Made by a program: the position numbers and the translations under genes
Source of the DNA: Squalus acanthias
Lineage: Eukaryota
Direction of reading: 5' to 3'
Assembly: GCA_030390025.1 (NCBI GenBank)
Contig: JASTWF010000033.1
Span: 3,846,001-3,910,000, forward strand
DNA: 64,000 nucleotides
Notes under the pieces: generated by a model
The model's input: only the letters and a program-made list of their open reading frames with translations
The model's database searches: none
What the model was told of the DNA's origin: nothing
Part shown: one piece after another, positions 49,701 to 61,000 of the stretch
Layout of the letters: each line of letters starts with the position of its first letter
Position numbering within the stretch: position 1 is the first letter of the stretch

Positions 49701-51285
49701 TCCTCTATATTTGGCTGTGCATCACCCCCTACTATAGCTCCACTCTGTATCCCATCCCCCTGCCAAGTTAGTTTAAACCCCCCACAACAGTACCAGCAAA
49801 ACTCCCCGCAATGATGTTGGTCCCGTTCCTGTTCAGGTGCAAGCCGTCCGACTTGTACAGGTCCCACCTTCCCAGAAGCAGACCCAGTGATCCAGGAAAC
49901 AAAAGCCCTCCCTCCTGCACCAACTCTTTACCCACGCATTCATCTGCTCTATCCTCCTATTCCTATACTCACTAGCACGTGGCACCGGGAGTAATCCAGA
50001 GATTACAACATTTGAGTTTCTGCTTTTTAATCTGCTACTTAGCTCCCTAAATTCTTGTTGCAGACCCTCATCCCTCTTTCTACCCTTGTCGTTGGTACCA
50101 ATGTGAACCACAACCTCTGACTGTTCGCCCTCCCCCTTCAGAATGCCCTGCAGCCGTTCAGTGACATCCTTGACCCTGGCTTCACGGAGGCAACATACCA
50201 GCCTGGAGGCACGTCTGCGGCCACAGAAACGTCTATCTGTTCCCCTTACGATGGAATCCCCTATCACTATTGCTCTCCTACTCTTTTTCCACCACTCCTG
50301 TGCAGCTGTGCCACTCGTAGTGCCACGGACTTGGATCTTGCTGCATTCCCTGAGAAACCATCGCCCCCAGCAGTATCCAAAACTGTAAATCTTTAGGAGA
50401 GAGAGATGGACCCAGGGGACACCTGCATTACCTTCCTAGTTATTTTACTCTTTCCGATGGTCAACCATTCCCTTTCTCCCTGTGCAGTCTTTACCTGCGG
50501 TGTGACCACCTCGTTAAACGTGCTATCCACGAAGATCTCAGCTTCGCGGACGCTCTACACTGACTCCAGCCGCAGCTCAAGCTCCGAAACCCGGATTTCG
50601 AGTAGCTGCAGCTGGAGACATTTCCTGCACATGTGTTCCCCCTGTACACTGAAAGTGTCCCTGACTTCCCACATAGCACAGGAGGAGCATTCCACGGTCC
50701 CGACCTGCCATGCCATATCCTACCCTTAATTTGCCCCCTTTACTTCCTTTAAATTAATGAATATTAAATACACTAAGGACCTAAATGCCCTTTAAACGCT
50801 ACTTACTCTAAACTCGAGAACTTACTTTGACATTAAGGACTGGACTGTAGAAATACTCACCAGGTCCTACTTACCAATCCGCTCCTTCCCTGATAGTGAA
50901 CTCACGTTAAAGGTTTCGCAGTTGTTGCTGTTTGACTGCTCCCACTCTTGAGTTCTTTCCTTGATGTACAATAAGGACCAATTCCTACAGGATTAAAAGT
51001 TTGGAAAACAAAGGCGAAGCTTCCACTCCTCCCCTAATTCCCTGACTCACCCAACTCGCAGCACCCTGTTCAAACCGCACTTAGTGCAAAATCGCACTTC
51101 AAAGCCTGTTTTATAGGCCCTGAAACAATGGAGACTTGCTGAGCCCAGCTACACGAGAACCAATTTAATCTAGTTTCCCTAATTATCTGCCTTCAGCTGC
51201 TCTGAATTGTAGGCCTTGTATATCCCTTTATAACCCTGCTTAAATCAGGGAAATTTAGGTTTTAAGCAGTAACAAGTAACAGTAA
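46796..51285 (-). mobile_element. Apparently full-length CR1 LINE (~4.5 kb): 5' UTR, ORF1 esterase, ORF2 EN-RT; disabled
   Basis: ORF1 49833..50267 (IGDSIVRG..VVHIGTND..ISGLLPVP); ORF2 pieces 49289..49588, 47547..48410, 47140..47604; candidate TSD ctgcc at 46791-46795 and 51286-51290 with the minisatellite on both sides. Confidence 0.92.
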
Positions 51286-51380
51286 CTGCCTAGAAAACAC
51301 TGCTCCCGTCGCAGTCCAGGAATTTCATTCCCAGAGCAGCCAATGTTACATGTCCCCGCCTTAGTTCACCAAATTGATTC
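51286..51380. repeat. 51-bp minisatellite, right portion
   Basis: gcctagaaaacactgctcccgtcgcagtccaggaatttcattcccag matches the unit. Confidence 0.85.
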
Positions 51381-51767
51381 TATTTGTCTGAATCTAGAAC
51401 AAGAACAACATGGTGTTTCTAATGATTGACCTGAAACAGCTAATCTTGTAATGGTGCTTTACAGAGGTGGCGAAAATTATAAAACGAGAAAAGTGTTGAC
51501 ACAAAGGAATCAAAGCAAAACGCTTAAAATATTAAACAATGAGATAACTATCCTGGAGCTGTCTCAATACTCCATGAAACTCTCTGGAAGCATTGAATTC
51601 TCGCACAATCATAGTCACAGAACCAGACCTATAAGTCAACATTCCCGACTCTTCCATCACCATCCCAGGTTATATCCTGTTCCACCGGCAGGAAAGACTC
51701 ACCAGAGGTGGGGGCACAGGGGTATACAGTCGGCTGTGAGAGATCCTGCGAGTCCTCAACATTGCCT

Positions 51768-54700
51768 CTTCTTCACTTCTTAGGCAGTCCCTCGGAACCG
51801 AGGTTTACTTGCTTCCACACTAAAAATGAGTTCTCAGGTGACAGATGAGTCCAATGCGGGAACTACAGTCTCTGTCATTGTTGGGGCAGACGATGGTTGA
51901 AGGGGTGGGTGGGTGGGATGCTTGTGTTGACGTGCGCTCCTTCTGCTGTTTGTGCTTGGCTTCTGCTTCCTCCCAGCGAAGAGACACGAGGTGTTCAGCG
52001 CCTTCCCGGAAGCTTCTCCTCCACTTTGAGCGGTCCTGGGCCAGGGATTCCCAGGTGTCGGAGGGGATGTTGCACTTTCCAAGGAGACATTGAGGGTGTC
52101 CCTGAAGCGTTTCCTCTGCCCACCTGAGGCTTTCCTGCCGTGTCGGAGCTCCGAGTAGAGCGCTTGTTTTGGGAGTCTCGTCTCGGACATGCGGACAATG
52201 TGACCCGTCCATCAGAGCTGATCGAGCGTGGTCAAAGCTTCCATGCTGGGGATGTTGGCCTGAGCGAGATCTCTTACTATGGTTCACCTATCCTGCCAAT
52301 GCATTGGCAGGATCCTGCGGACACAGCGTTGGTGGTACCTCTCCAGTGCTTTGAGGTGCCTGCTGTACATGGTCCATGTCTCTGAAGCGTACAGCAGGGC
52401 GGGATTCACTACTGCTCTGTCGACAAAGAGCTTGGTGCCAGGTTTGAGGTCCTGGTCTTCAAACACTCTCATCCTCAGGCGACCGAAGATTGTACTGACA
52501 CACTGAAGGCTGTGTTGGAGTTCGTCATCGAAGTCTGCCCTTGTTGACAGTAGGCTCCCGAGGTATGGAAAGTGGTCCACGTTGTCCAAGGCATGGTCGT
52601 GCATTTTGATAAACTGGGTGAAATACTGTGTGGCGGGGGCAGGTTGGTCGAGGACCTTTGCCTTACGGATGTTTAATGTAAGACCCATGCTCTTGTACGC
52701 TTCGGTGAAGGTATTGACGAAGGTTTGGAGTTCGGCCTCTGAATGTGCGCAGATGTCTGCATAGTGTAATTCGATGACAGAGGATGGGACGACCTTGGAT
52801 CTGGACTGGAGGCGACGGAGGTTGAAGAGTTTTCCGTTTTTTTTCTGCAGATTAGCTCCACTCCAGCTGGGAGCTTACTGAGGGTGAGATAGAGCATTGC
52901 TGCCAGGAAGATCGAGAAGTGAGTTTTTGCGATGATAAAGCCTTGCTTTACCCAGGTCTGTACGTGAATTGGGTTTGTGGTGGATCCGTTTGTCAACATC
53001 ACGGCTTTCATGTCATCATGAAGCAGGCAGAGGAGGATGACAAACATTTGAGGGCAGCCGAATTTGAGAAGGAAACTCCATAATCCCTCACGGTTCACAG
53101 TGTCGAAGGCCTTTGTGATGTCAAAGAAGGCCATGAACAGTGGTTGGTGCTGTTCCGTGCTTTTCTCTTGTATTTGACGCGTGGTGAAGATCATGTCCAT
53201 TATTCCCCTTAGTGGGCGGCATCTGCATTGCGAATCTGGAGGAGCTCCTCAACCACTGGGAGAAGGCGATTGATGAGGATTCTTGCAATGACTTTCCCTG
53301 TGGCAGACAGCAGGGAAACTCCTCTGTAATTACCGCAATCGAACTTGTCACCTTTCTTGAAGATGGTCACGATTACGGCATTTCTGAAATCCCCTGGCAT
53401 GCTCTCCTCCTTCCAGATAAGATAAATGAGTTCATGTATTCGCGCCAATAGTGCTTCGCCGCCATGGTTTAGCGCCTCGGCAGGGATTCCATCTGCTCCT
53501 GAGGCCTTGTTGTTCTTCAGTTGTCGGGTGGCCTTTTCAACCTCATGCCGGGCTGGGATTTTGCTGAGGTGGTGGCAGGTAGCATGCTCTGGGATGGAGT
53601 TGACGACAGTCGCGTCGAAGACAGAGTCTCGGTTAAGGAAACCTTTGGAGTGCTCCTTTCAGCGGGCACTGACTGCCTCTCTGTCCTTGATGATTACCTC
53701 TCCGTTCTTGGCCTGCAGTGGGGTAGCATATTGGGTGCTTGGGTCGTAGGTGGTCTTGACTACGCTAAATAATCTATGCATGTCCTGGTTGTCGGATAGC
53801 TGCTGGATCATCTGGGCTTTCTCCACCGAACATCTCTTCTTTAGATTGCGAGTTTTTTGTTGGATTTCGGCCTTCAAGTGCCTGTAGAGCTGCTTTCTTG
53901 TTCCAGAGTTCTGTTGCTGTTTGAAGATCAGGAATGCCTTGCGCTTGCGACTTATTAGCTCTTGGATCTCCTGGTCGTTCTCGTCGAACCAGTCTTGGTG
54001 TTTCCTGGTCGAGTGACCGAGCGTCTCTTCACAGGTGCTGATTATGGAGTCCTTGAGTGCAGACCAGGCGCTGTGGACACTCTGTGTCCCTGAATCACTG
54101 GGAGTCGTGAAGTTGGTTGTGAGGCGTTGGCTGAATAGAGCTTTCTTAGCAGGAGCTTTGAGTGCTCCAGCGTTGATTTTCCTGCGGCATTGCTCCTGCT
54201 GCCGTCGCTGTTCTGGGGCGACAGAGCGGATTAGAAGGTGGTCTGTCCAGCAGTCTTCGGCTCCTGTCATGAGGTGGTTGATGCGAACGTCGTTGCTGTC
54301 CCTCGCTCAGATGATGAAGTAGGCCGGCAGGTACCAGTGCTTGGAGCGAGGGTGTTGTATGACGCCTTGTATTTGTATCTCTGATGGAACAAGATGTTGG
54401 TTATGACAAGGCCAAGTTCTAAGCATTTCGTCAGGAGCAGGGTAGTGTTGGAGTTGACTTCCCCTACCCCCTCTCTGATGATCACACCTCATCAGAGGTC
54501 TGTGTCCTATCCAACTCTGGTCTTAAAGTCGCCAAGGAGGATTAATTTGTCGCCTTTTGTTACTCAGGACAGGGATTATTCGAGGCTGTAGTAGAATTCC
54601 ACTTTGGCATTGTCTGTGGCTTCTAGTGTTGGGGCGCATGCAGTGATGACTGTAGCGGACTGGTTCTGCGCTAGCGCGAGTCGTAGAGTCATGAGACGTT

Positions 54701-54953
54701 CGTTTGTTCCTCAAGGGGCGTCTCAGAGACGTCGAACTTGCTCATCTTTTATGGCGAAGTCCACCCCATGGAATCGGCGTTCTTGTTCAGCATTGCCTTT
54801 CCAGAAAAAGGCGTAACCACCGCCTTGCTCCTTGAGCTGGCATGTCACAACCCGCCTGGTCTAACTTAGGGAGGCGATGTCTATGTCGAAACGTCTGAGC
54901 TCCCAGGCAACGATAGCAGTAGAGTGTCCCCGTCTCTCGATGTTGGTGTTGTC
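51768..54953 (-). mobile_element. RTE-clade LINE, nearly full length (~3.2 kb), frameshifted
   Basis: DMIFTTRQIQEK.EQ..FFDITKAFDTVNR (52673..53200), CGNYRGVSLLS, FPYLGS..LLYASETWT (52284..52688), RLPKQALYSEL..GGQRKRFRD; (gaa)n-like tail; TSD cattgcct at 51760-51767 and 54954-54961. Confidence 0.93.
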
Positions 54954-55188
54954 CATTGCCTAAGGACATAATGAAGTCTCATGGCTTTGTCAGATATGGG
55001 AAATGTAACTTCCTGCTGATTACCACCTATCAACATCATTCAGCTGATGAATCAGCAGATCTACATGCTGAACAGCAGTTGATTTGAGCAACGAGAGCAG
55101 AATGGGCAGGAAATATACTCTCTGGGCGGGGAGGGGGAGACTTCAATGTCCCGCACCAAGAGTGCTTCAGAAGCTCCATCATTAACAC

Positions 55189-55633
55189 GGCAACACGGTG
55201 GAATAGTGGTTAGCACTGGTGCTTCACAGCGCCAGGGACCCAGGTTCGAATCTGATCTCGGGTGACTGTCTGTGTGGAGTTTGCACATTCTCCCTGTGTC
55301 TGCGTGGGTTTCCTCCGGGTGCTCCGGGTTCCTCCCACAGTCCAAAAATGTGCGGGTTAGGTTGATTTGGCTATGATAAATTGACCCTTAGTGTTAGGCG
55401 GGGATTAAATATGTGGGGTTATGGGGATAGGATGGGATATGTTAGGGGGAATTAAATACATGGGGTTACGGGGGTAGGGTGGGATAGGTGCAGGCTCGAT
55501 GTGGGGATTCTGTGTGAGAAAGCAGTGACAGGGTACTGGATTTGGATGATCAGCCATGATCGTATTGAATGGTGGAGCTGGCTCGACGGGCCGAATGGCC
55601 TACTCCTGCTCCTAGTTTCTATGTTTCTATGTT
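55189..55633 (+). mobile_element. Full-length HE1-type V-SINE
   Basis: tRNA-like head (agtggttagcact..ggttcgaat), V-domain tgtgtggagtttgcacattctccctgtgtctgcgtgggtttcctccgggtgctccgg, CR1 tail matching about 755-868. Confidence 0.92.
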
Positions 55634-56043
55634 TAACCGAGGCCTGAAGAACTGCCAGACTGCGATTGCAGCAGGTGGTGGGAGAACCAACGTGAGAAAA
55701 TAGCCTGTATGACCTTGTCCTCACCAATCTACCTATCACATGCACATGCATATGCAACTGTCCATGACGCTATTGGTAGGACTGACCACTGCACAATATT
55801 TGTGGAGAATAAGTCTCGCCTTCACATTGAGGACACCATCCATCGTATCATGACCCACTACCATGGTGCTCAGTGGGATGAAATTAGACGGATTCAAGCG
55901 ATCCCACAAGCAACAGGCCAGATTATTTCAAAGCTGTCATATCCTTTTGTTAATGGTAGTGAACATTTAAGCCGTTTCCGCATTGTCCTGAATATTTCTC
56001 CTTTTCAAGTATTTATCGAATTTCCTTTTGAAAGTTTATATTA

Positions 56044-58080
56044 AGAAAGAAAGACTTACATTTATAGAGCGCCTTTAAAGATCTTAGAAACATAGAAACA
56101 TAGAAAATAGGTGCAGGAGTAGACCATTCGGTCCTTCGAGCCTGCACCGCCATTCAATGCGTTCATGGCTGAACATGCTACCTCAGTACCCCATTCCTGC
56201 TTTCTCGCCATACCCCTTGATCCCCCTAGTTGTGAGTATTATATCTAACTCCCTTTTGAATATATTTAGCGAACTGGCCTCAACAACCTTCTGTGGTAGA
56301 GAATTCCACAGATTCACCACTCTCTGGGTGAAGAAGTTCCTCCTCAGCTCAGTCCTAAATGGCTTCCCCTTTATCCTTAGACTGTGACCCCTGGTTTTAG
56401 TTTTCCCTAACATTGGAAACATTCTGCCCGCATATAATTTGTCTAAACCAGTCAGGATTTTAAACGTCTCTATAAGATCCCCCCTCATTCTTCTGAACTC
56501 CAGAGGATACAAGTTCAGTTGATCCAGTCTTTCTTGATATGTCAGTCTGGCCATCCCAGGAATCAATCTAGTGAACCTTCGTTGCACTCCCTCAATAGAA
56601 AGAATGTCATTCCTCAAGTTAGGAGACCAAAACAGCACACAATACTCCAGGTGTGGCCTCACCAAGGCCCTGTACAACTGTAGCATCACCTCCCTACTCC
56701 TGTACTCAAATCCCCTTGCTATGAAGGCCATCATGCCATTTGCTTTCTTGACTGCCTGCTGCACTTGCCTTCCCACCTTCAGTGACTGATGTACCATGAC
56801 GCCCAGGTCTCGTTGCACCTCCCCTTTCCCTAATCTGCCACCATTCAGGTAATAGTCTGCCTCCCTATTTTTGCCACCAAAGTGGATAACCTCGCATTTA
56901 TCCACATTGTACTTCATCTGCCATACATTTGCCCATTTACCCACCCTGTCCAATTTAATCTGTAGCCTCCTAGCATCCTCCTCATTGTTCACACTGCCTC
57001 CCAATTTAGTGTCATCCGCAAATTTGGAGATATTACAATTAATCCCTTCGTCCAATTCATTAATATATAATGTAAACAGCTGGGGCCCCAGCACCGAACC
57101 CTGCGGTACCCCGCTGGTCACTGCCTGCCATTATGAAAAGTACCCATTTACTCCTACTCTTTGTTTCCTGTGTGCCAACCAGTTCGCAATCCACTTCAAC
57201 ACATTACCCCCAATCTCATGAGCTTTAACTTTGCACACCAATCTCTTGTGTGGGACCTTGTCGAAGGCGTTCTGAAAGTCCAAATACACCACATCTACTG
57301 TTCCCCCCCGTCCACCCTATTGGAAACATCCTCAAAAAATTCCAGAAGATTTGTCAAGCTTGATTTCCCTTTCACAAATCCATGCTGACTTGAACCTATC
57401 ATGTCGCCACTTTCCAAATGGTCTGTTATGACATCTTTAATAATTGCTTCCATCATTTTACCCACCACCGATGTCAGGCTGACCGGTCTATAATTCCCTG
57501 CTTTCTCCCTCCCTCCTTTTTTAAAAAGAGGGGTTACATTAGGCCACCCTCCACTCCATCGGAACTGATCCAGAGTCTAAGGAATGTTGGAAAATGATCG
57601 TCAATGCATCCACTATTTCCAAGGCCACCTCCTTAAGTACTCTGGGATGCAGACCATCAGGCCCCCGGGATTTATCAGCCTTCAGTCCCATCAATTTCCC
57701 CAACACCTTTTCCCGACTGATAAGGATTTCCCTCAGCTCCTCCCTCTTACCAGATCCTTTGATCTCTTTTATTTCCGGAAGGTTGGGATGTCCCAAAGCA
57801 CTTTACAGCCAAAGAAGTGAAGTCAGTGTGAATTTAGGAAACACGGCAGCCAGTTTGTAAACAGCAGGTCCCCACCAACAGCATTGCAATAACGACCTGG
57901 TCATAAGCATTAGTGATATTGATTGAGATAAGTACTGGCTGGAACACTGGAGATAACTTCGCTGCCCTTCTTCGAATAGTGCCATGGGATCTTTTACATC
58001 CAGCTGACAGTGAGCAGATATGGCCTCGGTTTAACGTCGCAACCTAAAGACGACCCCTCCGGCAAGAATGTATTCCCTCG
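56044..58080 (-). mobile_element. Deu-type SINE split by a CR1 (pieces about 56044-56087 and 57785-58080), running into the 33-bp satellite
   Basis: Tail agaaagaaagacttacatttatagagcgcctt; resumes ggatgtcccaaagcactttacagccaa; reverse complement of the 14277-15196 body. Confidence 0.82.
56088..57784 (-). mobile_element. Relatively young CR1 LINE 3' fragment with 312-codon open RT C-terminal frame
   Basis: ORF 56183..57121 uninterrupted ([29 protein letters not shown]); aaacatag terminal repeats. Confidence 0.95.
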
Positions 58081-61000
58081 GTACTGCACCTCTGACAGTG
58101 CAGCGCCCCCATGTATTGCCCCCCCGACAGTGCAGCGGTTCATCAGTACTGCCCCTCCGACAGTGCAGCGGTTCATCAGTGCTGACCCTCCATCAGTGCA
58201 GCGCTCCCACAATACTGCCCATTCGAAAGTGCAGTGTTCCCTCAGTACAAACCCTCCGACACTGCAGCGCTCCCTCAATACAGAAGCTCCGACAGTGCAG
58301 CGCTCCCTCAGTACAGAACCTGCGACAGTGCAGCGCTTCCTCAGTACTGATCCTCCGATAGGGCAGCGCCCCCTCAGTACAGAACAACCGACAGTGCAGC
58401 GCTTCCTCAGTAATGGCCCTAAGATAGTGCAGTTCTCCCTTAGTACTGACCCTCTGACAGTATTGCTCCCACGGCACTTCCTCCCCGACATTGCAGTGCT
58501 TCTCAGTATTGCCGCTCCGACATTGCAGCGCCCCCTCATTACTGTCCCTCTGACAGTGTAGCGCTCCCTCAGTACTGCCCCTACGTCAGTGCAACGCTCC
58601 CTCAGCACTGCGCCTCCGAGAGCACAACGCACACTCAGTACTGCCACACTTACAGTGCAGCGCTCCTTCAGCGCTGCTCATCTGACAGTGCAGCGCTCCC
58701 TCAGTGCTGCCCATCTGACAATGCAACACTCCCTCAGTGCTGCCCATCTGACAGTGCAGCGCTCCCTCAGTGCTGCCCATCTGACACTGCAGCGCTCCCT
58801 CAGTGCTGCCCATCTGACTGTGCAGCACTCCCTCAGTGCTGCCCCTCTGACAGTGCAGCACTCCCTCAGTGCTTCCCCTCTGACAGTGCGGAGCTCCCTC
58901 AGTGCTGCCCCTCTGACAGTGCAGCGATCCCTCAGCACTGCGCCTCCGACAGAGTAGCGCTCCCTCAGTACTGCCCATCAGAAATTGCAGCACTCCCTTA
59001 GTACTGCCCCCCCGTAGGTGTAGCGCTCCCTCAGTACTGACACTGCAACAGTGCGGCGGTCCCTCAGTACTAACCCTCAATCAGTACAGCTCTCCCTCAG
59101 TACTGCCCAGCCGACACTGCTACGCTCCCTCAGTACAGAACCACCGATAGGGCAGCGCTTCCTCAGTACTCACCCTCCGACTGTGTAGCGCTCCCTCAGT
59201 AATGACCCTGACAGTGAAGATCTCCCTCAGTACTGACCTTCTGACAGTGTTGCTCCCTCGGCACGGCGATTCCGACTTTGCAACGCTGCTTCAGTTCTGC
59301 CTCTCCGACAGTGCAGCGGCCCCTCAGTGCTGTCCCTCCGACAGTGTAGCGCTCCCTTAGTACTGCCCTAAGACAGTTCAGCACTTCCTCAGCACTCCGC
59401 CTCCAAGAGGACAGCGCTCCCTCGGTACATCCACACTGACAGTGCAGCGCTCCCTCAGTGCTGCCCCTCGGACAGTGCAGCACTCCCTTAGTACTGACCA
59501 TCTGACTGTGCAGCGGTCCTCAGCACTGCACCTCCGAGGGTACAGCGCTCCCACAGTACTGCCAAACTGTCAGTGCAGCGCTCCCTCAGTACTGCCCCTC
59601 CGACAGTGCAGCGCTCCCTCAGTACTGCCCCTCCGACATTGCAGCACTCCTTCAGTACAGCCCCTCCGACATTGCAGCACTCCCTCAGTACTTCCCCTCC
59701 AACAGTGCAGCACTCCCTCAGTACTGCTCTTCCAACAGTGCGGCGCTTCACCCGTACTTTTCCATTCCTACAGTTCAGCACTCCTTCAGTACTGCCCCTC
59801 CGACTTTGCCGCGCTCCCTCAGTCCTGCCCCTCCAACTGTGGCGCACCCTCATTACTGACAAACCGAGAGTGCGGCGCTCCCTGAGTACTGCCCGTCCAA
59901 CAGTGAGGCACTCCCCAGATACTGCCCCTCTGACAGTGCAGCGTTCTATCAGTACGGACCCTCCGACAGTGACGCGCTCCCTCATTACTTCATCATCGAA
60001 TGCGCCGCGCTCCCTCAGTCCTGCCCCTCATAGAGTGCAGCACTTCCTCAGTACTGCCAAACCGACAGTGCTGTGCTCCCTCAGTCCTTACCCTCCGACA
60101 GTGCGGTGCTCCCTCAGTACTGTCCATCCCACAGTTCCCCGCTCCCTCAGTACTGCCTCTCCAACAGAGCGGCACTCCCGCAACACTGCCTCTCCGACAG
60201 TGCCGCGCTCCCTCAGTATTGCCAAACTGACAGTGCCGCGCTCCCTCTGTACTGCCATTCTAACAGTCCGACATTCCTCAGTACTGGCCCAACATCAGTG
60301 CAACGCTCCCTCAGTACGAACCCTCCGACAGTGCAGGGTTCCCTCAGTACTGCCAAACTGACAGTGCCGCGCTCCCTCAGTCCAGCCCCTCCGAGTGTGT
60401 GGAGTTCCCTCGCCCCTCCAATAATGCAGCGCCGCCACAGAGCAGGCCCACCGATAGTACACCTCTACCTCAGCACTGCCCCAGCCATATTGACGCGCTC
60501 CCACAGTCCTGCCCCTCCGATAATGAGATGCTTCAACAATACTGCAGCTCCGACAGTGCAGCGCTCACGCAGTACAGCAAATCTGACAGTGCAGCGATAC
60601 CTCAATACTGCCCCTCCGATAATGCGATGCTTCAACAATACTGCAGCTCCGACAGTGCAGCGCTCACCCAGTACAGTAAATCTGACAGTGCAGCGATACC
60701 TCAATACTGCCCCTCCGATAGTGCAGCGCTATCTCAATACTGCCCTTTCAACAGTGCAGTTCTCCCTCAGTACTGCCCATCTGACAATGAGTTGCTTCAT
60801 CAGTTCTGCCCCTCCGACAGTGCGGGACCCATCAGTACTCCTCCAACGACAGTGCAAAGCTCCCTCATTACGGACCCTCCGACAGTGCGGCGTTCCCTGA
60901 ATTTTGCCCCTCCAACAGAGCGGTGCTCCCACAGTACTGCCCCTCCGACAGTGCTGTGCTCCCTCAGTACTGTGCTCCCTCAGTACTGCCCTTCCGAAAA

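Larger units (their letters stand above)
51550..55900 (+). mobile_element. Old CR1/L2-group endonuclease fragment split into three pieces (about 51550-51767, 54954-55188, 55634-55900)
   Basis: TIPGYILFHRQ.R..RGGG-type coding, then gacttcaatgtc (DFNV), then DLVLTN / IGRTDH motifs, in the expected order across two insertions. Confidence 0.7.

Noticed and set aside
55189..55265. tRNA genes here and at about 14277, 14520 and 41095
   Set aside because: These are A/B-box heads continuous with SINE bodies and do not form a full cloverleaf.
56183..57121. 312-aa ORF as a domesticated host gene
   Set aside because: Ordinary CR1 ORF2 C-terminus in a 5'-truncated copy with upstream disruptions; openness reflects youth.
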